A stretch of DNA of 64,000 nucleotides from Ferruginibacter sp. (GCA_037720515.1 JBBJMM010000015.1:4621-68620); one strand, 5' to 3'. Positions 20,832 through 30,862 are shown, counted from the stretch's first letter. Made by a program: numbers and translations. Notes: a model not told the origin generated them from the sequence alone.

Positions 20832-21124
20832 GGAAACTCAAAATAGTTATTCTGGATGAAGCAATTCAAGATCTTGAAGAAATTTGGTTTTACACTTTTA
20901 GCACCTGGTCACAGGAACAGGCAGACAGGTATCATTCACTAATTACCAAAGAAATTGAGTTTTTAGCCAAAAAACCTGAATCAGAAAAAATATTGAACCA
21001 TCTTCGAAAGGGATACAGGTCATCCAAAGTGAAATTGCATTATCTTTTTTATCGTTTTACCTTAAAAGAAATTGAAATTGTAAGGATTTTGCACGAGAAC
21101 ATGGATATTCCAAACCGGCTTTAG
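20828..21124 (+). CDS. parE: ParE/RelE-family toxin
   Basis: AIQDLEEIWFYT...WSQEQADRY, HYLFYR, IVRILHENMD. Confidence 0.88.
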   Translation: MRKLKIVILDEAIQDLEEIWFYTFSTWSQEQADRYHSLITKEIEFLAKKPESEKILNHLRKGYRSSKVKLHYLFYRFTLKEIEIVRILHENMDIPNRL

Positions 21125-21226
21125 CAGCAGAAGATATGGAATATAAAAAATGGAAATTAAGTATTTGCTTTAGTTCTTACATTCAACAGCAATTAAAAAC
21201 CGAACAGAAGTTTCAGGAAACAACAT

Positions 21227-21264
21227 ACTAATACACTACTTGCATTATGCCTGTCCGTTAGTGG
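21227..21264. other. Short attC-like site
   Basis: ACTAAT ... GTTAGTGG complementary ends around a small GCA-TTA-TGC hairpin, between TA pair and patatin. Confidence 0.35.
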
Positions 21265-21285
21265 TATTTTAAAATTAATTATATC

Positions 21286-22302
21286 GTGAAGAAAATACTT
21301 GCACTAATAATATTTTCATTTACTCTAAATAATTGCTATTCTCAAATTCAAAAATATGAAAACTTAGTTTTTGAAGGCGCTGGAATAAGAGGGATTGCTT
21401 ATTCTGGAGTATTAAAAGAATTGGAAAGCTCCGGAATTATAAAAGGCATATCAAAAGTTGGTGGAACTTCTGCAGGTGCTATAACTGCTTTGATGGTTTC
21501 TCTGGGTTATAACTCAAATGAAATTTATGATATAATTTCGGAGACTAAGTTTCAAAAGTTTAATGATGGTGAATTTATTTTCTTTGGTGGCTTTGCAAGA
21601 TTAACCGGAAAATATGGATGGTATAAGGGAAATAAATTTACCAATTGGTTAGAAGAAATAATAAAAAATAAAACTGGAAATTCTGAAATTACTTTTAAAG
21701 AGCTTCAAGAAAATAGGTATAAGCAGTTATATGTTACAGCTACTTGTATGAATAAACAAAAACTTTTAATTTTTTCAGCAGAATCATATCCAAAAATGAA
21801 AGTGAAAGACGCAATAAGAATTTCAATGTCTGTTCCACTATATTTTGAAGCTGTATTTATTGACAGTTTAGGTAAAGTATATAAAAATTATAAAAAAACT
21901 AAAAACCTGGATATTGTAGTGGATGGTGGAATTATCGGAAATTTTCCAATTTTTCTTTTTGATAGTATTGCAATTGCTTCATCTAATCATAAAATGAGAA
22001 TACCTAATTTTAAAACAATTGGAGTGCGAATTGATTCTGACCTACAAATTAAAAGCGATTCAATTGACAAAGAACTAGTACCTATAGAAATTAATAATAT
22101 AAGCGATTATTTAGGGGCATTTTATAATATAATCCTGGAAAATTTAAATAGGAACCTATTAATTCCTGAAGACTGGGACCGGACTATTTCTGTTTCATCA
22201 GTTGGAATTGGTCCAAAAATAAAAAAACTAAGTAGTGACCAAAAAATGGCTTTAATTAAAAGCGGAGAAAAACATGCACTAAACTTCTTAAAACATAAAT
22301 AA
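21286..22302 (+). CDS. Patatin-like phospholipase, secreted
   Basis: Signal peptide, EGAGIRG, GTSAG, DGG motifs; GTG start. Confidence 0.9.
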   Translation: MKKILALIIFSFTLNNCYSQIQKYENLVFEGAGIRGIAYSGVLKELESSGIIKGISKVGGTSAGAITALMVSLGYNSNEIYDIISETKFQKFNDGEFIFFGGFARLTGKYGWYKGNKFTNWLEEIIKNKTGNSEITFKELQENRYKQLYVTATCMNKQKLLIFSAESYPKMKVKDAIRISMSVPLYFEAVFIDSLGKVYKNYKKTKNLDIVVDGGIIGNFPIFLFDSIAIASSNHKMRIPNFKTIGVRIDSDLQIKSDSIDKELVPIEINNISDYLGAFYNIILENLNRNLLIPEDWDRTISVSSVGIGPKIKKLSSDQKMALIKSGEKHALNFLKHK

Positions 22303-22611
22303 AAAGTCTCTGGTTTTAGGTAGCAGGCCGATCTATATATTCTCAATTTTTTGTGTAAGCTATTGGGCTTCAGTTCAAGCCAAAGAATAACCTAGGCAGT
22401 AGAATAAACAATGAACTTTTATTTATAAATTTAGTCCCGCAATCGGGACTAAAGGCTAGCGATTTAAAATACCGCCACATCGCCAAAGCGTTCTTTTGTA
22501 CACTACTTTTTATGAAACATTCCAACCGTTATCGGCAACTTCAAAATTTACCTGCATTCTTAGAAGGTAAGAATTAATCAGAATTTATCAATGATTAATA
22601 AATGAAATAAA

Positions 22612-23070
22612 ATGAATAACGCAAGCAACAAAGCTTCAATACAAAACCCTTTCCTTAAAACTTTAGAGACTTTATTCGGTGAATGGAAAACGGTCGGGAC
22701 ACATCCTCAATTTAACGACACAATTCTTCATGGACACGCTTCTTTTAAATGGATTGAGGGGGGCGCATTCCTGATAATACACTCAGAAATTTATCATAAC
22801 AAATTCCCCGACACCATATCATTCTTTGGAAGTGACAATTCACTCGGAGAATATTTTATGCTTTCTTTTGACGAGCGTGAAGTTTCAAGAAAACACGTTG
22901 TTTTTTTTCAAGATAACGTTTTGAAATGGTGGAGAAATACAACTGGATTTTCACAACTATATACTTTTACATTTACTGATAATGGAAATACTATCATCAG
23001 TAAAGGAGAGCTATCAAAAAAGTGACACAAACTGGGAAAAAGATTTAGACTTAACCTACACACGTGTTGG
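22612..23070 (+). pseudogene. DUF1579-like hypothetical protein with frameshift near C-terminus
   Basis: GEWKTVGTHP...WIEGGAFL...SFDEREVSR; after the A6 run at 23016-23021 the +1 frame gives the expected-looking end SDTNWEKDLDLTYTR. Confidence 0.55.
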
Positions 23071-23182
23071 TCTAATCGATCATAAAATTAAAAACTCCTT
23101 AAAATTGGATGACCCAGCAACCGATAACAAGGGTATTGCTGTAAGTATGGCCGGTCAAACAAACTTCAGATACCTTTACCCA

Positions 23183-24442
23183 ATGAATCTTCCTCCATTA
23201 GCAGAACGTTTGCGGCCGCAGGCTCTTGACCAGTTATACGGACAGGCACACCTCACAGGAAAGGGCAGTATTTTACGCACGGCTATTGATAATGGTAAGC
23301 TGCCTTCCATGATCTTATGGGGACCACCTGGCGTTGGAAAAACAACTGTGGCAACCATAATTTCCCAATCTCTTTCTCTTCCTTTTTATACGTTAAGCGC
23401 TATCTCTTCAGGTGTTAAAGAAATAAGAGAGATCATTGAACAATCCCGAACAAAAACAGGCGCTATACTTTTTATTGATGAGATACACCGCTTCAATAAA
23501 GGCCAGCAGGATGCCTTATTGGGTGCTGTGGAAAAAGGTACTATCACGCTTATCGGGGCAACAACAGAAAATCCTTCTTTTGAAGTTAACAGTGCCTTGC
23601 TCAGCCGTTGCCAGGTATATATTTTAAAGCCCTTAGATGAGACCGTATTAAATGATCTTTTGAGATCTGCTGTTCAAAATGATACACTCTTAAGTAAAAA
23701 AAATATCCAGCTAAAAGAAACGGCTGCGCTCATAACCATCTCCGGCGGCGATGCAAGAAAACTCCTGAACCTGCTGGAACTGGTAACGGATGTACTGGGA
23801 GAAAATGCGATCATCACTGATGACCAGGTAATGGAAATTGCCCAGCAGCGTGTTGCCCTCTACGACAAAAAAGGGGAACAGCATTACGATATCATATCAG
23901 CCTTTATAAAAAGTATGCGGGGCAGCGACCCTAACGGTGCCGTGTACTGGCTGGCAAGAATGATTGAAGGCGGGGAAGATGTAAAATTCATCGCCCGCAG
24001 GATGCTGATCTTTGCAAGTGAAGACATTGGAAATGCCAACCCCAATGCTTTGTTGCTTGCCAATAATACTTTCCAGGCGGTTAACGTTATTGGAAACCCG
24101 GAAAGCCGGATCATACTTTCTCAATGTGCTGTTTATTTAGCTACCTCCACCAAAAGCAATGCTTCTTACAATGCTATAAATCTTGCCATCGATGCGGTAA
24201 GGAAACATGGCGACTTACCGGTACCGCTTCATTTAAGAAACTCTCCCACCAGGCTCATGAAGCAAATGAATTATGGAAAAGATTATAAGTATGCGCACAA
24301 TTATGAAAACAACTTTATCATTCAACAGTTTTTACCCGATGCCATAGAAGGATTGAAATTGTATTCGCCACAGCCTAACCCACGCGAAGAAGAAATAAGA
24401 AAATTTTTAAAAGAAAGGTGGAAAGAAAAATATGGTTATTAA
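23183..24442 (+). CDS. rarA: Replication-associated recombination protein A (AAA+ ATPase, MgsA/RarA)
   Basis: PLAERLRP, WGPPGVGKT, FIDEIHRFNKGQQDALL, GATTENPSF, SAFIKSMRGSDP, ASEDIGNA; start taken at MNLPP. Confidence 0.93.
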   Translation: MNLPPLAERLRPQALDQLYGQAHLTGKGSILRTAIDNGKLPSMILWGPPGVGKTTVATIISQSLSLPFYTLSAISSGVKEIREIIEQSRTKTGAILFIDEIHRFNKGQQDALLGAVEKGTITLIGATTENPSFEVNSALLSRCQVYILKPLDETVLNDLLRSAVQNDTLLSKKNIQLKETAALITISGGDARKLLNLLELVTDVLGENAIITDDQVMEIAQQRVALYDKKGEQHYDIISAFIKSMRGSDPNGAVYWLARMIEGGEDVKFIARRMLIFASEDIGNANPNALLLANNTFQAVNVIGNPESRIILSQCAVYLATSTKSNASYNAINLAIDAVRKHGDLPVPLHLRNSPTRLMKQMNYGKDYKYAHNYENNFIIQQFLPDAIEGLKLYSPQPNPREEEIRKFLKERWKEKYGY

Positions 24443-24812
24443 AGACATCAGTTCACGCGCAGATATACAATTACTGGTAGATCAATTCTACGAACGTGTG
24501 ATAGCAGACCCAACTATTGGAATAATATTTACCGAAATAATTCCTATGAACTGGCAACATCATATTCCACTGATCGTGGATTTCTGGGAAACGATATTAT
24601 TGGATAATCCTTTATACAAGAACAATGCTATGGAAAAACATTTTGAGGTGAACCAGAAATTCCCTTTAAAAAAAGAACATTTTGAGGCCTGGCTAAGCCT
24701 GTTTTATCTTACATTAAATGAAAATTTTTCAGGTCCTGTTGTGGAACTGGCGAAAAAAAGGGCTGCTTCCATAGCAGGATTAATACAATTCAAATTAAAT
24801 CTTTTGCAATAA
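24432..24812 (+). CDS. Group III truncated hemoglobin
   Basis: DISSRADIQLLVDQFY, WQHHIPLIVDFWETIL, KH, HFEAWL. Confidence 0.85.
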   Translation: MVIKDISSRADIQLLVDQFYERVIADPTIGIIFTEIIPMNWQHHIPLIVDFWETILLDNPLYKNNAMEKHFEVNQKFPLKKEHFEAWLSLFYLTLNENFSGPVVELAKKRAASIAGLIQFKLNLLQ

Positions 24813-24814
24813 AT

Positions 24815-25267
24815 ATGAGCGCGATAACCTGGGAATACAAACATTTTAATGAGCTTGATACGCATGAGCTTTACTCCATTTTAAAGATCAGGAATGAAGT
24901 ATTTATAGTGGAACAAAATTGTGCTTACCTGGATGAGGATGACAAAGACCTGGATGCCTGGCATCTTTTTGCCCTTAAAAATGAATTGATTATTGCATAT
25001 GCCCGGATACTCGCCCCGGGAGTTGCCTTCGCTGAAGCAAGTATCGGCCGCGTTCTTACTATTAAGAATTACCGGAAAAATGGAGCCGGCCGCACCCTTA
25101 TGCTGCACGCCATTGAAAAAACCCTCGCGCAATACCAGGTAAACAAAATAAAGATCGGCGCACAGGTATACCTGCAGGATTTTTATACTTCTCTGGGTTT
25201 TACCGCTACCAGTGCTCAATACATGGAAGATGGGATCCCGCATATGGAGATGTTACTAACAAAATAA
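24815..25267 (+). CDS. elaA: ElaA-like GNAT acetyltransferase
   Basis: LYSILKIRNEVFIVEQNCAYLDED, IGRV, IGAQVYLQDFY, EDGIPHMEM. Confidence 0.88.
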   Translation: MSAITWEYKHFNELDTHELYSILKIRNEVFIVEQNCAYLDEDDKDLDAWHLFALKNELIIAYARILAPGVAFAEASIGRVLTIKNYRKNGAGRTLMLHAIEKTLAQYQVNKIKIGAQVYLQDFYTSLGFTATSAQYMEDGIPHMEMLLTK

Positions 25268-25366
25268 TTATTTTCTATATACAATATTTAAGTATGGGTT
25301 TCGTTTTTTAGTCGTGGTTCAGAGTCGTGTTTGTACCCTATCTGATGAAAGACTAAAAATTACCGG

Positions 25367-26356
25367 ATGAAACTTTATTTACCCAGGTTTGTTGGGAAAT
25401 TACTGCTTGTCATGTTCCCTTTCCTGCTGACAAATGATTCTTACTCACAACATTTAATGTTTGGCGAAAAAGTAAAATGGGAAGTTGGATTGAACTTCGG
25501 CCCCACTTTCTTTTTAGGCGACCTTGGAGGTAATAGTGGCAAAGGTTCAACTTTTGTAAAAGATGTTAACCTTGAACTTACTAAATTCATGAAAGGTGCA
25601 TTTATTTCCATGTACCCCACTGATTGGATCGGTCTTCGCTTTGCTGCACAATACACGTATGTAAAAGGGGAAGATTATATCATCGATACCAAAGGGATCC
25701 ATGAATTATGGAGAAAGCAGAGAAACCTTGATTTTAGAAGTAATATGTGGGAAGCCTACGCTGCCATAGAAATACTTCCTACCATGATCTTTAATAAATA
25801 CGATGATTATGATCCGTTCATAAAGCCTTATGGATTTTTTGGTATAGGTATATTTCATTTTGATCCTCAAGGATCCATCACCGCTGCTAACGGAGAAAAA
25901 ACATGGCATAAACTTCATCCGCTGCGCACAGAAGGACAGGGAATGTCAGAGTATCCGGATAAAAAACCCTACAATCTTACCCAGATCAATATCCCCATGG
26001 GAGCCGGTATCAAAATAGCCTTGACAGACAGGATAAAAACAAGTCTTGAACTTTTATACCGCAAAACTTTTACTGATTATATCGATGATGTTAGTACAAC
26101 ATATATTGATCCGGCACTGTTTGATAAATACCTGGAGCCCCAGGATGCTTTGATCGCACGAAAAGTTCATGATAAAACTTTTGGAATTATTACACCCGGT
26201 ATAAACCGCTATGCACCCGGAACCCAGCGTGGCAATTCTAAAAATATGGATGCCTACTTTTCAACTTTATTAAAAGTTGGTATCCAGCTAGGTCCTGGAG
26301 GAACTGCAGAAGAACGCAGAGCAGCCAGGCAAACCAAATGCCCTCATTTTTATTAA
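25367..26356 (+). CDS. Outer-membrane beta-barrel protein (DUF6089/PorT-like)
   Basis: Signal peptide, EVGLNFG...FLGDLGG, NLDFRS, RKTFTDYIDDVS, alternating beta strands. Confidence 0.7.
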   Translation: MKLYLPRFVGKLLLVMFPFLLTNDSYSQHLMFGEKVKWEVGLNFGPTFFLGDLGGNSGKGSTFVKDVNLELTKFMKGAFISMYPTDWIGLRFAAQYTYVKGEDYIIDTKGIHELWRKQRNLDFRSNMWEAYAAIEILPTMIFNKYDDYDPFIKPYGFFGIGIFHFDPQGSITAANGEKTWHKLHPLRTEGQGMSEYPDKKPYNLTQINIPMGAGIKIALTDRIKTSLELLYRKTFTDYIDDVSTTYIDPALFDKYLEPQDALIARKVHDKTFGIITPGINRYAPGTQRGNSKNMDAYFSTLLKVGIQLGPGGTAEERRAARQTKCPHFY

Positions 26357-26376
26357 TATTAATACTTCAATATAAA

Positions 26377-26727
26377 ATGAGAAACAGCTTCAACATTACC
26401 TCAGCAACTTATAAAGCGATTGCATTAATAATTTGTTTCCTGCTTGTACTTATCTACAATAAATCAAAGGCTAACAATAACGCGGAGTCGAAAAAGATTC
26501 ATGTAAAATTTATACAGTTAACCAACAATGCCGTTTCTGTTGAAATAAGATCCGGCAAGAACACTGTGGATCTTTACCTCTTCTCCTCCGAAGGTCGATT
26601 AGAAAAAAATATAAAAATCATCAACACGGAAAAAAAGATCATTTCTAATTTAGAGAAAGGAACCTATCTCTACCAGTGTTTTGAAAATGATCTTCAATTA
26701 CAAAGTGGAAAACTGATCTTAAAATAA
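26377..26727 (+). CDS. Small secreted protein resembling a stand-alone T9SS CTD/Ig fold
   Basis: Hydrophobic N-terminus; LYLFSSEGRL, LEKGTYLY, GKLILK C-terminus. Confidence 0.55.
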   Translation: MRNSFNITSATYKAIALIICFLLVLIYNKSKANNNAESKKIHVKFIQLTNNAVSVEIRSGKNTVDLYLFSSEGRLEKNIKIINTEKKIISNLEKGTYLYQCFENDLQLQSGKLILK

Positions 26728-26753
26728 TTATACATTATGATTGATAGGTAAGT

Positions 26754-26853
26754 GCAAAGCATACAACAGAAGTAACCCCCCGGAAGACAACGTATATTCT
26801 TGTACGATAGATACCCCTGAAACCACAATTTTAACTTCGTTATTATGCTTTGC
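26754..26853. other. 100-nt imperfect stem-loop between convergent genes
   Basis: GCAAAGCATA-CAACAGAAGT ... ACTTCGTTAT-TATGCTTTGC. Confidence 0.45.
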
Positions 26854-26895
26854 CTTATTTTTAAATGATTCTGCTCCCGGTTAACTCCGGGATCT

Positions 26896-29772
26896 TTATT
26901 TTAATTCATCTTTAAGATAGAGAGCAGTAAAACTTTCTTTTACATGTACCAGGTCTTCCGGTAATCCCTGGAATAAGAGCCTGCCTCCTTCTCCTCCACC
27001 CTCCGGGCCTATGTCGATGATGTTGTCTGCAACTTTGATCATATCAAGATTGTGTTCAATTATTAAAACTGTATTTCCGCGGTCCACCAGTTTATTCAAT
27101 ACATCAAGCAAATGCTGGATATCCTGGAAGTGCAGACCTGTTGTAGGTTCATCCAGAATATAAAATGTTTTACCTGTATCTCTTTTACCTAACTCAGTGG
27201 CAAGTTTAACGCGCTGTGCTTCTCCGCCGCTTAAGGTAACAGCGCTTTGTCCTAATGTAATGTAACCGAGACCTACCTCCTGCAACACTTTTATCTTACG
27301 GTAAATAAAAGGCACGGCATTAAAAAATTCAACAGCCTCATCAACGGTCATATTTAAAACATCGCTGATAGATTTTCCTTTATAGCGTATCTCCAGTGTT
27401 TCACGGTTGTATCTTTTTCCATTGCATTTTTCACAATGAACATACACATCTGGCAGAAAATTCATTTCAATAACCCGCATTCCGCCACCTTCACAAACAT
27501 CACATCTTCCACTTTTTACATTAAAAGAAAACCGGCCTGCTGCATATCCCCTGATCTTAGCTTCAGGCACAGCCGAAAACAAGGTACGGATGTCAGTAAA
27601 AAAACCGCAGTAGGTAGCCGGGTTGCTCCGGGGAGTTCTCCCGATCGGGCTCTGATCTATCTCAATAACTTTATCAATATTTTCCAGCCCTTTAATAGAT
27701 TTATAGGCAAGAGGCAAACCTTTTGAACCATAACAATGCGTGGCCAGCAAAGGATACAATGTTTCATTGATGAGCGTAGACTTACCACTTCCACTTACAC
27801 CGGTAACAAGAATTAATTGTCCTAACGGAAATTTTACTGCAACGTCTTTAAGATTATTTCCTTTGGCTCCTTTAAGCTCAATACTTTTTCCATTGCCTTT
27901 TCTTCTTTCAGTTGGAATGGAAATATTTTTTCTTCCGCTGAGATATTGGGAAGTTTCAGAACCGGACATTAAAACAAATTCCGGTGTTCCGGCGGCCACT
28001 ATCTTACCTCCATGGATACCCGCTTTCGGGCCTATATCGATCAGGTGATCAGAAGCAAGCATTATATCTTTGTCGTGCTCCACTACCAAAACGCTGTTAC
28101 CTATATCCCTTAAATTTTGTAAAGCTTTTATGAGGCGTTTATTATCTCTTTGATGCAGGCCAATACTGGGTTCATCCAGGATATAAGTAATACCCTGGAG
28201 CTGTGAACCTATTTGTGTTGCCAGTCTTATACGCTGATACTCGCCACCACTCAGGCTTTTGGATGGCCTGTACAAAGTAAGATAGGTAAGCCCTACGTCT
28301 AACAAAAACTGGAGGCGTTCCCTTATCTCCTTTAAAACATCTTTAGCAATGAGGTTTTGTTTTTTACTTAACCTGTCCTCAACATCTGAAAACCATGCAG
28401 CCAGTTTATCAAGATCCATTGCACTCAACTCTGCAATATTTTTTTCATCCACTTTAAACCAGAGACTGTCTTTTTTCAAGCGGGTTCCGTTACACACTTC
28501 ACAAGATTTCAATTGCATGAATTGTTCGGCCCAATCGCGTATGGATTCACTTGTTGTAGTGGAAGAGAACCACCGCTTTACCATATTAACCACCCCTTCA
28601 TATTCTGTGGTATAATAAGTTCCTTCCTGGTTTTCCAAATTCATATCCACATCTGCATTCATGGTATCATCAATCTCTTCTTTACCAAACAATAGTACGT
28701 TCACTGCTTTATCTGAAAGATCTTTAAAGGGTTTATCTAAATTGATCTTGAATTTTTTAGCAACCTGTTGCACTTGTTTGTATACATACGCTTCCCTTTC
28801 TTCTCCCAGCGGAACAATTGCTCCGTCTTTGATGCTTAATTTTTTATCGGGCAGTATTGCCTCCATATTTACCTGGTACATTGTACCCAAACCCTTACAG
28901 ACTGGACAAGCACCGTACGGCGAATTAAAGGAAAAAGCATTAGGGGAAGGTTCTTCGTAACTCAGGCCTGTATCAATACACATCAATTGCTTACTGTACT
29001 GAACTATTTTATCATCATCATTTATCAACAGGAATAAAAGATCTTTTCCAAGCTGCAGGGTCTTCTGCACACTCTGGCTAAGCCTCACCTTCATATCATC
29101 GGTAGCCGGTAACCTGTCTACTACAACTTCTATATCATGAACTTTATACCTGTCTACCTGCATACGCGGTGTGAGGTCCATAACGGTACCATCTACACGA
29201 ACTTTTAAAAATCCTTTCTTCCTGATATCTTCAAAGAGTTCCCTGTAATGTCCTTTGCGCCCCCGTACCAAGGGAGCCAGCAAGCTGATCTTTTTATTTT
29301 TAAATTTGGAAAAAATAGAAGAGATGATTTCTTCCTCACTGAACTTCACCATTTTCTTTCCGGTATTATAACTGTAGGCATCAGCTGCGCGGGCAAATAA
29401 TAACCGCAGGAAATCATATATCTCTGTTATAGTTCCTACTGTACTCCTGGGATTTTTATTGGTGGTCTTTTGTTCAATTGAAATTACCGGTGAGAGGCCG
29501 GTTATCTTATCAACATCCGGACGTTCCATATCTCCAACGAACTGCCTGGCATAAGCAGAAAAACTTTCCATGTACCTGCGCTGGCCTTCGTTGTAAATGG
29601 TATCAAATGCAAGGGAAGATTTTCCGCTTCCGCTAACACCCGTAAAAACCACCAGCTTATTCTTGGGGATCTTTATATCAATATTCTTAAGGTTGTGTTC
29701 CCTGGCTCCGTAAACCTCTATAAATTCTTCAACCTTTTCCGGAACCTTATCTTTTGTTTTTTTCAATGCCAT
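26896..29772 (-). CDS. uvrA: Excinuclease ABC subunit A
   Basis: GAREHNLKN, two TGVSGSGKS Walker A motifs, Zn fingers, LSGGE, ILDEP. Confidence 0.98.
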   Translation of the reverse strand: MALKKTKDKVPEKVEEFIEVYGAREHNLKNIDIKIPKNKLVVFTGVSGSGKSSLAFDTIYNEGQRRYMESFSAYARQFVGDMERPDVDKITGLSPVISIEQKTTNKNPRSTVGTITEIYDFLRLLFARAADAYSYNTGKKMVKFSEEEIISSIFSKFKNKKISLLAPLVRGRKGHYRELFEDIRKKGFLKVRVDGTVMDLTPRMQVDRYKVHDIEVVVDRLPATDDMKVRLSQSVQKTLQLGKDLLFLLINDDDKIVQYSKQLMCIDTGLSYEEPSPNAFSFNSPYGACPVCKGLGTMYQVNMEAILPDKKLSIKDGAIVPLGEEREAYVYKQVQQVAKKFKINLDKPFKDLSDKAVNVLLFGKEEIDDTMNADVDMNLENQEGTYYTTEYEGVVNMVKRWFSSTTTSESIRDWAEQFMQLKSCEVCNGTRLKKDSLWFKVDEKNIAELSAMDLDKLAAWFSDVEDRLSKKQNLIAKDVLKEIRERLQFLLDVGLTYLTLYRPSKSLSGGEYQRIRLATQIGSQLQGITYILDEPSIGLHQRDNKRLIKALQNLRDIGNSVLVVEHDKDIMLASDHLIDIGPKAGIHGGKIVAAGTPEFVLMSGSETSQYLSGRKNISIPTERRKGNGKSIELKGAKGNNLKDVAVKFPLGQLILVTGVSGSGKSTLINETLYPLLATHCYGSKGLPLAYKSIKGLENIDKVIEIDQSPIGRTPRSNPATYCGFFTDIRTLFSAVPEAKIRGYAAGRFSFNVKSGRCDVCEGGGMRVIEMNFLPDVYVHCEKCNGKRYNRETLEIRYKGKSISDVLNMTVDEAVEFFNAVPFIYRKIKVLQEVGLGYITLGQSAVTLSGGEAQRVKLATELGKRDTGKTFYILDEPTTGLHFQDIQHLLDVLNKLVDRGNTVLIIEHNLDMIKVADNIIDIGPEGGGEGGRLLFQGLPEDLVHVKESFTALYLKDELK

Positions 29773-30011
29773 TTTATTGCTTCCTGCTTATCAAAGATAC
29801 GTACAATGCAGAGGCCATGATTATTAAATACTAAATTTTTGAGTATACGGGTTGCTGTTAGATACAATAAAGTAAATGTCGCTTTTTAATACAGATCGAT
29901 ATACTGTTGTAAACCAGTTAGTAAAAATATATTACTTGCAATTGGCGCAGTTGTTGAATATATTGCATTGATCATTTTGAACAGTATTTATTAACATCAA
30001 AAACAACTACA

Positions 30012-30308
30012 ATGAAACAATCAACGAGTATGGTTTATTTAAGGCAATCTGTGTTAGTAGTGCTTTTAGCGTTCTGCCAGGTATTGGTATGGGCCCAGGA
30101 CAGCACTAGTTCTGCTGTATCAACCACAACAACTTCAACTACAACAGAAGAAACCTGGTATACACAACCTTGGGTTTGGATAGTAGGAGGAGCAGCGCTA
30201 TTATTATTAATAGTTGCTTTAATGAGAGGAAATAAAACAACTGATACTACCGGACGTACAGATAGAGTTACAGTTACAAAAAGTGTAAAAACCGATACTG
30301 ATATTTAA
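30012..30308 (+). CDS. QPW-motif small membrane protein, paralog 1
   Basis: Signal peptide ending AQD, Thr/Ser linker, WYTQPWVWIVGGA TM segment. Confidence 0.75.
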   Translation: MKQSTSMVYLRQSVLVVLLAFCQVLVWAQDSTSSAVSTTTTSTTTEETWYTQPWVWIVGGAALLLLIVALMRGNKTTDTTGRTDRVTVTKSVKTDTDI

Positions 30309-30333
30309 TAATTACTTCTACAATTTCTTTTAT

Positions 30334-30364
30334 AAAAAAAGGCCTGCAATAGCGGGCCTTTTTT
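30334..30364. terminator. Bidirectional Rho-independent terminator
   Basis: A7-GGCCTGC-AATA-GCGGGCC-T6 between convergent genes. Confidence 0.85.
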
Positions 30365-30387
30365 ATTAAGAACGATATGAATTTGTA

Positions 30388-30627
30388 TTAATTTTTAGAG
30401 CTATTATTTCTTAAGAGGGCTACCAATAATAAAAGAAATACAGCACCTCCTACTATCCATACCCAGGGCTGAGTAAAAAAGCCGCTTCCACTATCTGATT
30501 TGGTAGTGATGTCAACATCCACTTTTTTATCCTGCGCAAATGCATAAACAGAAAAGAAAAAAGAAGCAACGATTAAAGTTATCTTTTGGATAAATGAACG
30601 GGCAGGAACTAAGATTAAATTTTTCAT
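30388..30627 (-). CDS. QPW-motif small membrane protein, paralog 2
   Basis: Signal ending AFAQD, FFTQPWVWIVGGAVFLLLLVALLR. Confidence 0.75.
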   Translation of the reverse strand: MKNLILVPARSFIQKITLIVASFFFSVYAFAQDKKVDVDITTKSDSGSGFFTQPWVWIVGGAVFLLLLVALLRNNSSKN

Positions 30628-30862
30628 GTTTTTTAATTTGTTTTTAATAAGTAATATAATATGATGCCATTAATTTTTAAAACCCCTATTTATAAGTGAA
30701 AATTTAAGATGTAGATATATTTCCACAATTCCTTAATAAACACTCACATCCAACTGGTAATCTTTTAAAACATGACCAATGCTGAAGTAAATCATTTTTT
30801 AATAATTAATTACTTTAACAAGTTATGTTGGCGCAGTAGTTGTTTTAATTATCTGAGACATT

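Noticed and set aside
21286-22302. CBASS phospholipase effector
   Set aside because: The patatin has a signal peptide and no CD-NTase gene is nearby.
23016-23022. Programmed -1 frameshift at A_AAA_AAG
   Set aside because: The motif is in frame, but the -1 frame stops within about ten codons; the sensible continuation is in the +1 frame.
22982-23182. 67-aa N-terminal extension of RarA in the ORF track
   Set aside because: It is the shifted tail of the upstream gene plus intergenic sequence; RarA homology begins at MNLPPLAERLRP.
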